DNA of 64,000 bases. It comes from Rhynchobatus australiae. Lineage: Eukaryota. A model generated the notes under the pieces. The model searched no databases, was not told the origin of the DNA, and saw only the letters and a program-made list of their open reading frames with translations. The position numbers were made by a program, and so were the translations under genes. Positions 26,909-40,910 of the stretch are shown piece by piece. Each line of letters starts with the position of its first letter. Position 1 is the stretch's first letter. Location: NCBI GenBank assembly GCA_034780895.1, contig JAUZTB010000065.1:28516131-28580130 (forward strand), written 5' to 3'.

Positions 26909-28072
26909 CTTCAGGAGCAAAACAAAAATCAAAAGCACAGTTTATTAAATATCCAGCCCACAGAGCTGCAACAGACAGCTGATTGTAAAAGATTTCTGCA
27001 AACACAGTCACACAACATTTGTGAAATTCCAATCCCAAAGCTGATTTATTCAGTCAGACGAAAGACATTGCTGCCTATGTATAGCTGTAATTAATATTAG
27101 TAGATGATGCTTCCTTTATATGGATAGAATTCTATGATTGAAACTAAAAGTGGTACAATGAAAGGCATACATAAAAAGGGATGTAACAGACTAAGACCCT
27201 TGTGGGAAAACATTTAATTGTATAAAGAATTGCAAAAGATGTAGGTCTGCTCAATTTGTACAAATAAAATCCTCATTAATTCCCACTTTGCTTTTGGGCA
27301 ACAAGAGCCTTTCAAAATCTTTATTCTTTTACAGCTCAATACATGTACTTTTTACATTTTTAACCCTTACTAATTTCATACAAATCAGATTGCACATTTA
27401 CTTTTCAAATAACATGGTCTATTTTAAGAGAAACATCACAACTTGACCTTAGTTTGGATAGTGACATTCTGCCAGGCCCATAACACTAGATAAAAATACT
27501 ATGATATCTAACTGCTCTAATGGCTTTGATTTAACAAATTTGGGGAGGAACGTGGGGAAATTCTGTTGGAAAGTTACAACCCCTATTCTGCCCAATGTCT
27601 GCCTCAGACATTGTTTTGTTATCTATTAACCTAACAGAGTGTTTTGGGAATCAAAATAGATCCTGCCTTTTAAAATCCAAAGTAAAATGTGGCCATTATG
27701 AAAATAGTTTTAAAGTTGGATTTGTACAAGTTGCCACAAAGAACATACATAACTCAAACAAAGTGTACAGAATGCATCCTACTGACCAGATATAGAGAAA
27801 AAAAAGGACTATGTGCTGTCAACCTTCACCCGTTGCCTTGTTACTAACCCTAATGTAGCTATGGTGCAATACAGATAATGTTACATATTGTTGAGGACTG
27901 TCCTCTCACCAAAGCTAGGGGCAGTCAAATAACACTGAACTCAGCAAGTGAGGAAGCTGCTGCTTGGCTCCATGGATATCCACGAAATACATACTTCAAT
28001 CAGCAGTCAACAGAGCCATTGCTATTCAAATATCATCTCATTTAATGGAGGATGACCAAGATACTGGACATT

Positions 28073-28178
28073 CAGGGTTTTGACCTGAAATATTGACAAT
28101 TCCTTCTCTACCACAGATACTGTTTGACCCGCTGAATTCTTCCAACAGATTGTTTGTTGTTCCAGATTCCAGCATCTA
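28073..28178 (+). mobile_element. Penelope-like terminal repeat half-copy
   Basis: cagggttttgacctgaaatattgac...ccacagatactgtttgacccgctgaattcttccaacagattgtttgttgttccagattccagcatct. Confidence 0.6.
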
Positions 28179-31100
28179 TCATCACTTTCAATTAATCACT
28201 TACAGAGCACAAACTGGTAATTTATGATTTTAAAGTCACCAATAACCCATTATCTACATACTCAACAAGTAGATAACAGGTACAGTCATCATCCACAACT
28301 CTGTTAGAGGCTCAAGTCATTTGTCAATTTCAGAGTCTGGATCATGGAACTCCTGAACAAAAATACATAAAGTTAGAACTGCTCTCACTCCCATGCAGTT
28401 TGTCTTTCAGACTTTTTTTGACACATCTTTCCTGAACTTGGAGTGATAATAATCTGCTCACCTTAATTAGAGGCTTTGAAAAGTAACTAATATGCTATTT
28501 TCTGGTAATTACACACAATCCTTATAAAGCTGAGGCTGCATATTCAACCCAAGATGGTGGAAACACAGTCCAAGTCAAATAAGATAACCAGTTGAACTAG
28601 CAGTACTAGAGCAAAACTGAACCATCTCTGATGGGAACACAGTACAAGAGGCACAATGCTCTGCAGTCCACCTGCTGATTATAAAGCTCAACTACCAATT
28701 TGATAAAATATTTGTCTTCACTGTTTTAATTTGAAACTATCTTCCTCTACAAGTGCACTTGGCATTGAATGCCACACTTTGATCATCACCATTTATTAGG
28801 GTGTTGAAATTGTTCTTCGGCTCAGATCGCCCACACCTGTGGATAAAAGTTAACAGCTAAAAGTATACTAGAAATAAGATAGAATATCAGAAAGTGAATC
28901 AAGTATTGTTGCTGATAGACACCCGAGCAGGATCTTCCATTTACCTATTCAAAGTCAAGTGGAGGTCAAGGAGCCATTCACTCAGCATAAAGCACCAGAA
29001 TAAGGGAAAACACAGGTACAACTACAGTAACTAGCACTTACTTGTCAGTCAAATTAATGGAACATGCAAAGACAATGCACTATGAAAGGACAAGGGGAGA
29101 AGTACTGAGAAGCTGCGTGAAGAATTTAGCTATTTTCTAAGAAGTGAAGTTCAAGAATGAATACAGAAGATGAAAACGTACGCATCTTGGTCAAAACACA
29201 AAATCTAAAAATTCAGATTTGTTTTTAAATTAGCTGTAACAGGCAACCTTGTCAATTAACATTTCTTCTAAAGAAAAAGTTACTATTACTTTGGTATTGC
29301 TCTAAAAGTGACTCTTTAAACAAAGCACAAATGACCTTAGCTTAGAATAAATATGTTAACTGGTAGCAAGAGGAGTGAATTATGGCCAGGCACAATACTG
29401 CTTTCAAGTGTTTGTCATTTTAACTGTGTCTGTCAAATGAACTCGTAATCACTTGATGCCTAAGGTCTTCCTGGAGAGTGAACACTGATATTACTTTGGC
29501 TTTAAAATGTGTCAGAAGACTAATTTGTTCAGAATTAATATGCTGGAAGACACATTATGCATACTAAGCTTTAAGGGAGTCCATTTTCCAAAGATTCTAA
29601 GGTTGATGACCATTTTTTATATCCACATGAGACATTACGGCAGCACTTCCTGAGCTTATTATGCTTCTGATTATTCTTCCTGTTTACCTAAAAAAAAGGT
29701 GTGTCAAAGAAATGGTTTACTTCCCATTTTACTCCTTCTCATGATTTTTATTTTTAATCTTGTCACCCACTTAATCTTACTGAAGAAGCAAGGGAGGTTG
29801 GGCAAGTAAGTTTCCAACCAGTTAAAATAACTTACCAAAAGTAGTCCAGTTTTAAAACAATGTAACAATAATAAAGTCTTGATTGGATTTGCAAGTCAAC
29901 CTTGCTATCAAGGAAAGTGGTCTAAATGCTTGTTGTATTGAATAAGAAATTGTTTTTTTTCCTGTCCAAAATAAATCAGCTCTAAAGGATTAAAAACAAC
30001 GGGAATAATCTGGGACTGGAACCAGGACTAAAAATCACAAACCATTTTTTTTAAAAACACGTGGACAATAACCAAGTACTTAATAATAAAACATTCAAAT
30101 TATTTTACTTTACATTAGATTCGAGCTTCAATCAGGACAACAATTTTCTCAGTATCTAAGACTAAAAGTGGAAATATGAAGATTTGTTGATTAGCTTCAC
30201 TATATGTATTAAAATGATGCACGTGTCTTCAAAGGTTGAAAACTCAGGGAAAATGGACTAATTTNNNNNNNNNNNNNNNNNNNNNNNNNNNNNNNNNNNN
30301 NNNNNNNNNNNNNNNNNNNNNNNNNNNNNNNNNNNNNNNNNNNNNNNNNNNNNNNNNNNNNNNNCCGGGAAAATGGACTAATTTTGGTGAACAACTTACG
30401 AGCTGCCCACACCACATTGGTGTAGACAACTTTGCTGGAAAACTAGATGATTGATTAAAACAGGTACTAGTCCTCTAGCATGCATTGATTAATATCCTAA
30501 TACTAGTTTGGAGGACTACTCTTTAAAATTAATTTGTAATGACTGAACAAGTAACCTGCAAGGTTGCTCACTCTAACTTAATGTCAAAGACATTTCTGGG
30601 GGTAACCTGATTTTGGGCAAGAGGTGGGGAGTATACAAATTTTGAGAGCTGGTAAAAACCACAATTGTCAATTGCAAATCATACATTTGAAGACATTAGA
30701 AGAGAAATAAGTGGAGGGAGGGGGAAGGTGCAGAGAACAAGGGCACAGTAGCTTGAGAAAGGAAGTTCTATGATCAAGTCTCTAGGTATACATCCAGTCA
30801 GAGATTGTATACGCGGCCGGACCCTCTCAAAAATTTTCAGTAGTCCCTACAATTGCCAATGAAAGACAAATGTGCTTTTATATTTAAATATTGAGGAAAA
30901 ATATTCTGGCACCAGAAAATGTAGAAATGCTTTCCTAACTCCACCTATTGACCTTGCTGCAACATTCCTGGGTGATTGCTCAACTTTCTTCTGGCATTTA
31001 TTTTCTAGCTACTTGAAGTTGAGACAAATATATGTAATATATGAACTACCCCTGACACCATGATAAACACCAAGCCTCTGACATAGGTTTAGTACTATTT

Positions 31101-32799
31101 CATTAGTACTAAGTCCAAAAAAATCACATTTTGTCCCACAGGGATATTTTGTCTACTTTCCTGCTATTAGTTGGTTGGATTCGATGATGCATTTTCCTTC
31201 AAGATTCTTGGACAATTTTACTTTTAAGAGATTGAGGCTGCATAACAACAGCCTCCTTTGCTGATTTTTTGCAAAACTTGACCAATTTCTAACGTTTTAC
31301 TACACTGATTCTGATTCGCACTTTTCTCAGCTGATATTCTTCAAAATGGTGGGAGTGTCTCAGAAAATCACTGCTGATGGCAATTTAGAAACAAGCAAGG
31401 AAATTATTTTAAGTCCCTCTTAATTGCAGAGACATAATTACACTCAAATACAGAACGAGAAGAGTTAAGATGGAATTTTTCCTTCAAGTAACTGAAAATC
31501 AATTATAACATAGCTGAGATTATTCTAAGCTTAAAAAAATTACAGTACAATAACTAACAATACATTGGTACCAACAGCTCAATAAAAGCAACTGAAAATA
31601 ATGCAATTTAGATTTATAACCTTGTAATACCAATGATAAAATGTTGCACTGAATTGGGGTTCTTACGTAGAATTAAATGTGCAAACATTTAAACAGGGTC
31701 ATGGAGGTCGTAATAATGCCATCACATTATTAGGTAACAAAGTTAAGAGTTGAAAAACATTCCAGTCAAAGAATTGATAATTTTTGGTTTCAAATGCAGG
31801 CAATTAATTTGAACAATACCGTAATCACTACATTTCAATAATATACATAATATATAACCAGTTCCAAACTGCCTATTGACTCAGCACAGACAACAGAGTA
31901 TGGCCCAATGCCCACAAATTCTGAAGCTCAACAGGAAGACATTAGCTTTTAGGTGCTTCACAAACATTGCATTTGTTTTGTTTATGCTGGAAAGAGTCAG
32001 CAAGTCACATGTGCTCATTAGATCTTGTGGTAAAATTGCCCATGGGAATAGGTACATTTAATATCTCAAAAGAAAAATTGCTCATTTTTTACATGAAGTA
32101 AAAACAATATCAGTGCAGTCTGAACACTTCTATTAAACTTCTAAAAACATGTAAACTACTATGCAATTTGATTCTTCTGATACCAGCTCCCCAACTGTGT
32201 AGCAGTTAAATCCTGGCACGGTGCTGGGAAGGGGAAGAAAATCTTATATTTAATATGCAGGCAGATGGTAAGGTGAAAAAAGAGCTGGGTGTTCTCAAAA
32301 TTGACTGTTTTATACAAAATTTACAGACTGCCAAAATACATGCAATTTGCACATAACTAAAATGTTTCTTCATGTGATCTTTTAATGATGATATGATTCC
32401 ACAATTAACTATTTTCTGTCAGGTGTATTCATCCAGAAACTGCACCGCAGCACTGATCAGGCACATTTGAAGTACTGGAGACAGTTCAGATTGCTGCAAG
32501 GTCTCCAGGCATTCATCCCGACAGAGAGGGCCAACATTGCCAGCCCTGCACATTATTTTGCATTCTCAACAGCTGGCACTGAAAGACCTAACTGAGGTAG
32601 AGAGGAAAACGACAAAACTGATCACCACACTAAGATGAGCTACAAGAAATCAATAATCTTTCAGTCTCAAAAAGTCTATCCTGATATCTTGTAATAATAT
32701 CTTGTATATTTTGACAACCACTTCCATTAATACAGCACAGTTCAAGACACCTTGCATGAGTCTTACCAAACATAAAACGTGGTATTTAACAGAAAAAGA

Positions 32800-32898
32800 T
32801 GGAATCTAAGCAAAACACACAAAATGCTGGAGGAACTCAGCAGGTCAGGCAGCATCTATGGAGGGAAATAAACATTTTCCTGCATAGATGCTGCTTGA
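32800..32898. mobile_element. Short Penelope-like palindrome
   Basis: tcaggcagcatctatg...catagatgctgcttga forms an inverted pair. Confidence 0.6.
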
Positions 32899-32944
32899 TG
32901 TAAAAGAGGACAATGTCCTCCTACAGTATACCAATATCTTGGCA

Positions 32945-33192
32945 ACAAAAAATCTGCCGGAAGAACTCAATGGGTCAAGCAGCACCTGTGTGGAGGAAAG
33001 GGGGGTGGGAAAGATGGATGGAACTGTCAATGTTTTAGCTTGAAACCTTGCTTCAGGACTAAGGGTGAAGAGAGAAAATAGCTGGTACAAGGAGGAAAGT
33101 AGGAATAGTGAGACAGTGAGAGAGAGGGGCCAGTAGATCCTCCAGCATTTTGTTGCTCCAGATTTCCAGCTTCTGCAACCTTGTGTCTCTAT
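32945..33192. mobile_element. Penelope-like inverted element with a probable 12-bp TSD
   Basis: Flanked by aatatcttggca (32933-32944) and aataccttggca (33193-33204), 1 mismatch. The ends are inverted copies of the same terminal motif. Confidence 0.6.
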
Positions 33193-33622
33193 AATACCTT
33201 GGCACTTTTGGTAAAACAAATAGCTGAAACACCCCATTCATCTCACCTACCCCCATCTTGCTATCACAGTACATGCTGTAGTGAAAGGACACATTATCAC
33301 TCGCCAGAAATGAAGAAAAACATTTGCTGTTGAGCTGGGCCAGACTCTACCAAACCTTTCATCAGGTAGATCAGTAGAAACATCACAGAGATGAGATTTT
33401 CTCACTGTCACTTATAGTACATGTAATAGTCTTTCTAATGGAATCTTAAGAAGGAACTATTGTAAAATAATGGTAGGCTAAAATTGAATGAGTTTTAATT
33501 ATCCGTGATAAAGCCTCCTGTGGTGCATCTGATTTTTTCTAACTCAATTAACAAAATTCAACTAAGTTAATTTTTACAGATAATTATTGTATTAATTAAA
33601 AAGTCACAACCTTCAGATGCAT

Positions 33623-33772
33623 GGTGACACAAGAGACTGTCGATGCCGTAATTTGAAGCAAAAAACTGCTGGAGGAATTCAGTCAGTCTCGACCCAAAAC
33701 ACTGACTGTCCATTTACTTCCATAAATGCTGCCTAACCCACTGACTTCCCCCGGAAGTTTGATTTTTGGTCT
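33623..33772. mobile_element. 150-bp Penelope-like inverted element with a perfect 12-bp TSD
   Basis: cttcagatgcat occurs at 33611-33622 and 33773-33784. The body is gacacaagagactg...gctggaggaattcag / gtctcgacccaaaac...atgctgcctaacccactga. Confidence 0.7.
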
Positions 33773-34479
33773 CTTCAGATGCATAATCACGCCATTTTCA
33801 TGTAACAAAATGGGTCTGACAGCAAACTCCTACAACAGAATCTATTTGCAAATCAAGCTGCGTGGGCTGCTATAACATCTGAGACAAAGGCCTAGTAACT
33901 ATGTATGCACACAATATTGTCTGAAGGTCACAAAATCAGGTCCTCCATTTCAGACCACCTCAGATGGTGCCAAAATTACATCAGGTGATTCACAACAGTT
34001 GAACACCACGTTAACCTCTGGCAAGTAAAACTGTGTCTACAGACAGCAAGCACTTATCATAGCCTGAGAGTGTATTGACCCAAAGTACATATACACACAC
34101 TATAGAGGCGATTCTTGTCCATAACAATGATTCATTTACATTAAAAAATCTTAGCTGTCAATGGTTGCACTGCCAAGTGGAAAGTCCTTTTTGATCAACT
34201 TTTTACTTTCATCCCTAATGCAATTTGGTTGGTGAAATTAAACAGAAAACAAACAGGACTCCATTTCCAAAAGTGAAATTTTCTACTCCTCTATTGCAGT
34301 AATTTTTTTCCCAGGAGATTGGACAATGATTGCCTCTGTCCAAAGACTATGCTCAAAAGGAGAGCAAGGATTAAAATAACAAGACACATGCAATAATGAT
34401 GAGTGGAAATCGCAAGTAAACAGGGGGCTTATTTTTACCATGCAATTCAGGTGGGCAAGTCACAAAACGGGAGTAGCAT

Positions 34480-34862
34480 CCTCAAGAACGTAGAAACTTA
34501 CGGACTATTTTTAATCAAACTGTTCAAGACATTATAGCGAGATGACTGAAAGAAATCACATCCATTGGTCAGAGAGCTCGGGATTAGAGAGTGCAACTTC
34601 CAAGTTTAAGTTAAGCCTTCTGGGAACAAAGTTAGGAAACACTACTCTTTGCAGAGGGTGCTAGAAGTTTATAACTTTCTTCCACAAATGTCAGTACAAT
34701 GTCAACTATCAATACTAAAACAGAGATGTAGTTCTTTCTCTGCCAAATGCTCTGAGGGGTGTGGAGAAAAGACATAAATATGGAGTTAGGTCACAGGTCA
34801 GCCACAATTTCATTGAATGGCTGAATAGGCTTGAGGGGCTCAACATCCTCTTCCTGTTGTCC
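34480..34862 (+). mobile_element. CR1/HER1 LINE 3' remnant
   Basis: gttaggaaacactac...cagagggtgctagaagtttataac...cagccacaatttcattgaatggc...ggcttgaggggct tail. Confidence 0.65.
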
Positions 34863-35537
34863 ATGTTTTTTATGAGAAGAGAAAGCATACATTGTTGATT
34901 AATTGTTCCAGTGATGTAGCTTAATTAGTTTTTGGTCAGATACTGGAAGTCACTGAACATTTGAAAGACAGACTAAGCATTAGCATGAGAAAAAAATGGC
35001 ACTAAGGCCAACCATTCCAACAAAAGGAAAAGTAGAATAAGTGGGCTGGATGCTTTTATAGGGTCAGTGAAACAATCACTTCAATTGAGGCAACAATTGC
35101 TTTANNNNNNNNNNNNNNNNNNNNNNNNNNNNNNNNNNNNNNNNNNNNNNNNNNNNNNNNNNNNNNNNNNNNNNNNNNNNNNNNNNNNNNNNNNNNNNNN
35201 NNNNGCTTTAAAATTTAGAAATAAATGCTAAGCAGTTTGTGGAAAACACTTCAAACACTTGCACCTAATGACAGCCATCACTTGAAAATGATGAAGGTAG
35301 TGTAAAACTGATCATCCAAATATCTTTATAAAACCTATTTAAACCTATATGTGCACACCACTCACATCCACATTGTTATCATTTATATAACATATCCAGA
35401 TGCATAAATACAATAGCACATTTCCCTTTGAACATTGAAAACAATGTTGTTGGTAAGCTAACTGGATCTTCTATGACATTAGTGTCATTAAATTGGAGGA
35501 TTCTATCATTCTCTCCAGTCTCTGATACTCAACCAAT

Positions 35538-35835
35538 GACCATAAGACATAGGAGCAGAATCAAGGCATTTGGCCCATCGAGTCTGCTCCCCATTCAATC
35601 ACAGCTGATTTATTTTTCCCTCTCAACCTCATTCTCCTGCCTTCTCCCTGTAACGTTTGACATCCCTATTAATCAAGAACCTATCAACCTCCACTTTAGA
35701 TATACCCAATGACTTGGCTTCCACAGCTGGTAAATGAATTCCACAGATTCATCACCCTCTGGCTAAAAAAATTCCTCATCTGTTCTTTTATTCTGAGGCT
35801 GTGTGTCCACTGGTCCAAGACTCTCCCACTATTGG
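35538..35835 (-). mobile_element. CR1/HER1 LINE 3' end
   Basis: gaccataagacataggagcagaatcaaggcatttggccc...gaattccacagattcatcaccctctggct is the reverse complement of the QRVMNLWNS motif plus tail. Confidence 0.8.
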
Positions 35836-38800
35836 GAATGTTCCTTTCTATTCTCTTTTTCGTCCCCTTCTACATACCTTCACCCAGTTTAAAGTTTTGC
35901 TGTTTTTGCCCCTTTTGAGTGGTGGCTGGTTTAATAGCAAAGTATTCGCAATGGAATATGCAGAAAAAAATGCCACTAACTGGCTTAGCTCAGAAACCTC
36001 AATACAAATAGATCAACAGCCTTTCACTTTCAACATAAAATCATTATTTCACCTCCTCACAACTCAACTAACACTTAGCCCCTTTATCCTACATTTCCCC
36101 TCCTCACATTTAGATCTCAACTTTACTGCTAAGGCAGGCAGTGAGGGAATATTGAAAACTTAGCCAATTTTCCATCTCCTTTATTATCCATTTACATTAC
36201 AGTGATTCTGCTTACTTTTAAAATTGAACAACTTTAAGTAAATTTATCACAAGCAATTAAGGTTTGAATGAGTATTTAAGAAGTCCTAAAAAAACATATT
36301 TTCAACAAAATCTGTATTGCACATCAATAAGCCAAGTAAACTGTAGAAAAGTTCACAAACTTAATAGTGGAAAATCTTTCAAAAGTGCCTGAAACACCGA
36401 GACACAGAAAATACATGATTTCCCTCACACCTGCAACCTCCTCCCTTCCCTAATCAAACTCAAAGATTGCATCTATATCTTCATACCAAATCTCATCTAA
36501 CAAATCTCCAGTATTACAGATTGGTTACTGCACGGAAAGCCATCATCCATACTAGGCCTGTGAGAGAACAATCCAGTAAGTCCAGTCCCCACTTTCCACC
36601 ATAGCCCTCCCAATTCTTTTTTTCCCTTACACCGTTTGAACAGAATCTGCTTCACTATTTCCCCTGGAAGTTTATTCCAGATCCTAACCAGTCACTGTGT
36701 AAAAAAAAGTAAAGTTGTGTTAGTTTTGTTTCTTTTGTCATTCACTTTAATTCCATGACCACTTGTTCTTGACCCCTCCACATGGTGCAACCTAGCCATG
36801 AAAACTCTCCATAAAGCAAAATAAATGTATTCTGGCTTTTGATACTCAATTACTGGCATCGTCCACATTGTCAAACTTATTGACAAAGTCACTAGTCCTC
36901 AGTAATTCCTCTTATATCCTTGCATTATTGCAACTTCCCAACTGTTCCAGCCACAAAGACAATTAGGAAGTCATGGTCTAAATATTAGATGCAGCCATCA
37001 CAGATACTCAACTCACACAAATGTAATGTAATGGCTCTTCACTCTCCACACACTATGCTAATTTTGTGAAATAAGAATACATCTTAAAATGCAGTATATT
37101 CTCACCTCGGCTTTGTATTAAATCTGTCCAGCTATACCGCCATAGGAGGTGGAATCAGTGACCTATTTCAGAAAATATCTTCATTTAAAAGGGTTTGGCT
37201 AGCTATCTATAGGAAAAGTAGGAACACATAAACAGATCAATTTCCTGTGATGTCTGAAAAGCATTTCCTGCAAAACTACATAAGGAACAGTTCTGAAGAG
37301 TACAGGGAGGCCTTGATGCTGGTATAAAAACGTGGTGCCAGACTACTAAAAACAAGAATAAATGAAATGTTACAACTTTATTTTCCTAATTAAATCATGG
37401 CTTTGTATAGTGCTGCAATATTTAAACATTCAAATTTTGATTTCCTTATGATGGTAATAAAGTTGAAAAGATATGTCTGCTGTTCACCAGAGTATCGGAA
37501 GCTTGCCAGGAGCTGGTGGATAGATAGCTCTGGCCTGCAGTTACACCAAAATATCAATTTTCAACATATTACTTTATTTTCTGCCTTTGAGAAAATTGAT
37601 ATTGCTGATTGATGATGGGCTAAAATTCAGCCCAGCATAGAAAAGGGCTATTTATCAACTCCTGATGGAGTGAGCTACTCAGTAACAAAATTACAATTCA
37701 GAATGGTATATGTTTGTTTTTCTGGTGCTATGGAGCCCACAAGCAGGCTAGATTTTATATACTAGGCTCCTTATGCAATGCTGTAGAGCCACTTCCTGAT
37801 TAAGCCCTGCAATATAAATACCCTATCAGCATTCACATTTAAGGTACTTGCAACATTCTTCGACTATTTCAGGATACAAGATGAAGCTAAAAACTTGCAC
37901 CCAATAAACATTTGAATCTGAAGTCTGGGCTCAGTGAATGTTGGCTATAACTCTGGAAAACAAATGCACCGTACAAATACCCTCAATTCTAGCACAGATG
38001 ATTTATTATCTAATAACAGCACTGAGATTTTCAAGCTGATACGAATTTAGACTTGAACTGTTGAAGTAATGGCATTACCTCTCAAACACTGGCTGCGATA
38101 GTTCTCAGGTCAGGACATGGAGTTCTAACTCTTACTGCTTGCTTGTTCTGTAACATGATTTATTGTGTACCAAACCGCCAACAGAATAAGCAAGCTGCAA
38201 GTGGAATGCAGAAGCCTCTGCCAACAATTGCAATGCTGCAGAAAACACTTAAAGGTCAAAAGCATAGTTGAGCATCAGATCAGTACAATGACTAAATCTG
38301 TTACACGTCACACAATGTGTCATTCATCAGTACAGAACTACTTGTCTGACCAACTATATTTATTTCAAAATATACAGTACAAGGCAAGTATGAAGACTTA
38401 TTAACTAATTATTTGCAGCTAAGTTCAAGGCAATTTAGTCAATAATTGAAATTTTTACCCAAGTCTGAAGTGAAGAATTGTTTTAAAGATTTCTTTTAGT
38501 CTGCTTTCCTTGAGTGAATTATTATCCTAATTTTCACAGAGAATGCCACAGCCATTCTACAAGATGACATTATTTTAAATTTTATCATGCCCAGTGGGAA
38601 ATGTTAGCCTCTGCATCACCTTGCAGAGGAAATAACTTGATTTGTAATGTCTGAACACAAAAGCAATTTCAGTGATGTCCTGTTTGGGGAAAAAGGGAAT
38701 TGAATTGTCTTCTTTACTCCTCAAGATTCTCTGTCTCTGGTTACAGTGTTATCAGACTCAAATCAATGGTAATATTTGTCCTCCAAAGGAGAGAAAAAAA

Positions 38801-40299
38801 AGTACAAAAGCACACAGCCCACAAATGCTACCGAGGCAAGGCTATGCAATGCCATCAAGCAGTTTAAAGATTAGAATCTTGCATTGGATCTGTTGTGCGT
38901 AAGTATGTGCAGCTTGGCAAAAACACTTCAAAAACGATATGGAACTTTGGTTTTGGCATTGCAAAGCATATCTTTTTTAAAAAATAACATTGGGATTGCC
39001 CTGTATCACTAAAGTGTCTGAGCAACTTAATTTAATTTCCACCAATGCTCCTTATTTAAGAGCTTATTGTCCTGAATCTACATGGCATAGTGGTTTGGAA
39101 AAGGCTTTGCTTAGCATTAATTCATTGGTAGATAAATTCTGAAGCACAAGGACATTTTTTAAATCCAAGAATGCAGGTTAATGAAAATAATTGATCCAAG
39201 TTTCATATGTGGTCCACTACAATGTAGCAATGCAGTCCACACAATAAAAACAACAACATTTTATACATTCTTCTTTATAGTAACTCAATTACAAGGGGTA
39301 TGTCTGTCTGTGTTGGGGGGCTCAGGGGTGGGTAGGGATCTCAGTTTAACATCAAGGCCTGCATATTTCCACCAAGCCTGTAATTGTATCTAAAGAAACG
39401 AGTGAAGTTCTGGAAGCCAAATATGCCATTAAGTTACAGAAAATTATGCCTCATTCCAACCCTGCTACACAAGCAAATGGAATGAATTAAAACAGCAGTG
39501 AAAATGAAGTTGAAAGTGATGCAAAAATGTGAAGCTGGTTACAGACAATTCTGCCAATGGAAAATTTGAAAGCATTAAGATCTGAGTGCAACAACTAGAT
39601 TAGTGTACTCCAGTGTCACCTAGGACATTTACCAAATTGCAATAAGCAGAAACTTCCATATTTTAATGATCTCAGTAATAGGAGAGCAGCAACAAATCTA
39701 TCTACCATATAAAAAAAACATATATACAGTACACAACACAAGCTAACATAATTCTCCCCTCTCCTGTTGATGGTTCTTCAACTCTCCCAGATTTGTTTTA
39801 CCTTCTCCTAGTTTCTTCCCTTCCCAATTTGTTTCTCTCCACCATCTTACATTTCCCATTTATCCAAATCTCTGCTGCTCGCATCATGACTCATACCAAT
39901 TTGTAACTCATCCCACTGTGCAGCTCAGCTGCCTTTGTTCTCATCCAGCAGTGCAGCAAATTAAGAACTCTCATACCCTTCCCTCCCATCTCTGTAACTT
40001 CTATTGATCTTTTACCTCTGCATGGCTCCAAATTACAGCTTGTTGTGTATGTGCAATTTTCTTTTGATAGGAGGCCATGCCTTCAGATACTTATAACCAA
40101 CCCCATGGAATTCCCTCAAGAAAACATCTATTGTGCCACCATTCTAAAATATTTCACAAATCCACCAGATTAGACTGCTTTCCCATAATACCTCCTGTTA
40201 ACCCCGTGCCAGTCTCGGTCTCATTTCATCTTTGTTTACACTGTCCAGACAGCATTTTCTTTCTTCCTTCTGCAATCATCTTTGCAATTTGTGCAGTTT

Positions 40300-40510
40300 T
40301 TAAATTCCCTCCGCTCTCCCAATCTGCACTCCATCCCCACCCCATCCCCTACCCCAACCTCCATCTGGCAACGCAATCTGCACCACACCCCCCAGTCCAA
40401 TCTGCACCCAATTCCACACCGCCATTTACACCTCCTCCCCTCTCCCACTGCATTGCACTTCAATTCATGCCACACCACCCCCCACAATTTGTACCATGCT
40501 CAATTCATGC
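40300..40510 (+). repeat. Degenerate C-rich tandem/low-complexity repeat
   Basis: Recurrent caat(c/t)tgcac(c/t)... units separated by C-runs. A similar tract lies at ~42300-42390. Confidence 0.5.
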
Positions 40511-40699
40511 TGTGCTCTTTTCCTCCCTCAATTCATCTTGCACTCTTCATTCTGCACAGTATAAAGTGTTTTAGAAAGTTAGTCAATAGTTGTGCTTTGA
40601 GAACTCTTCATTATGACCAGCTACTTGGCCTCTTCAATGCTAGATGTCACAGGTTTCCCTGTAACTGACATGGGGAAAGGTGAAATCCATGTTTGCAGG

Positions 40700-40910
40700 T
40701 AACTGTACCCTCCTGTTACGGCAGTTCGGGTAGCAGAAATTCACTTTTACAGAATTCACAATTCGCTACCAAAAATTTTAAGATATGGAATAAAAATTTG
40801 CTCTGATTCAATTGAAGTGTGAGGGGAATAAACACAAAATGTACACACAGAACTGAACTAGTTTACCAAGAACAGCGATCGCAGCCTGCCGGTTCATAAC
40901 GGGAGGCCAC
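40700..40910. mobile_element. Possible Tigger/pogo-like MITE remnant
   Basis: Imperfect inverted ends cctcctgttacg (40709-40720) and cataacgggagg (40895-40906), 10/12 match, with CpG-containing subterminal motifs. Confidence 0.35.

Noticed and set aside
26909-27038. N-terminal part of the 244-aa ORF (MGLEFHKCC...FCFAPE)
   Set aside because: Intronic read-through upstream of the splice acceptor; it contains the polypyrimidine tract and shows no homology.
40077-40668. Overlapping Pro/His-rich ORFs of 83-165 aa
   Set aside because: Products of a C-rich low-complexity tract with no domain or splice support.
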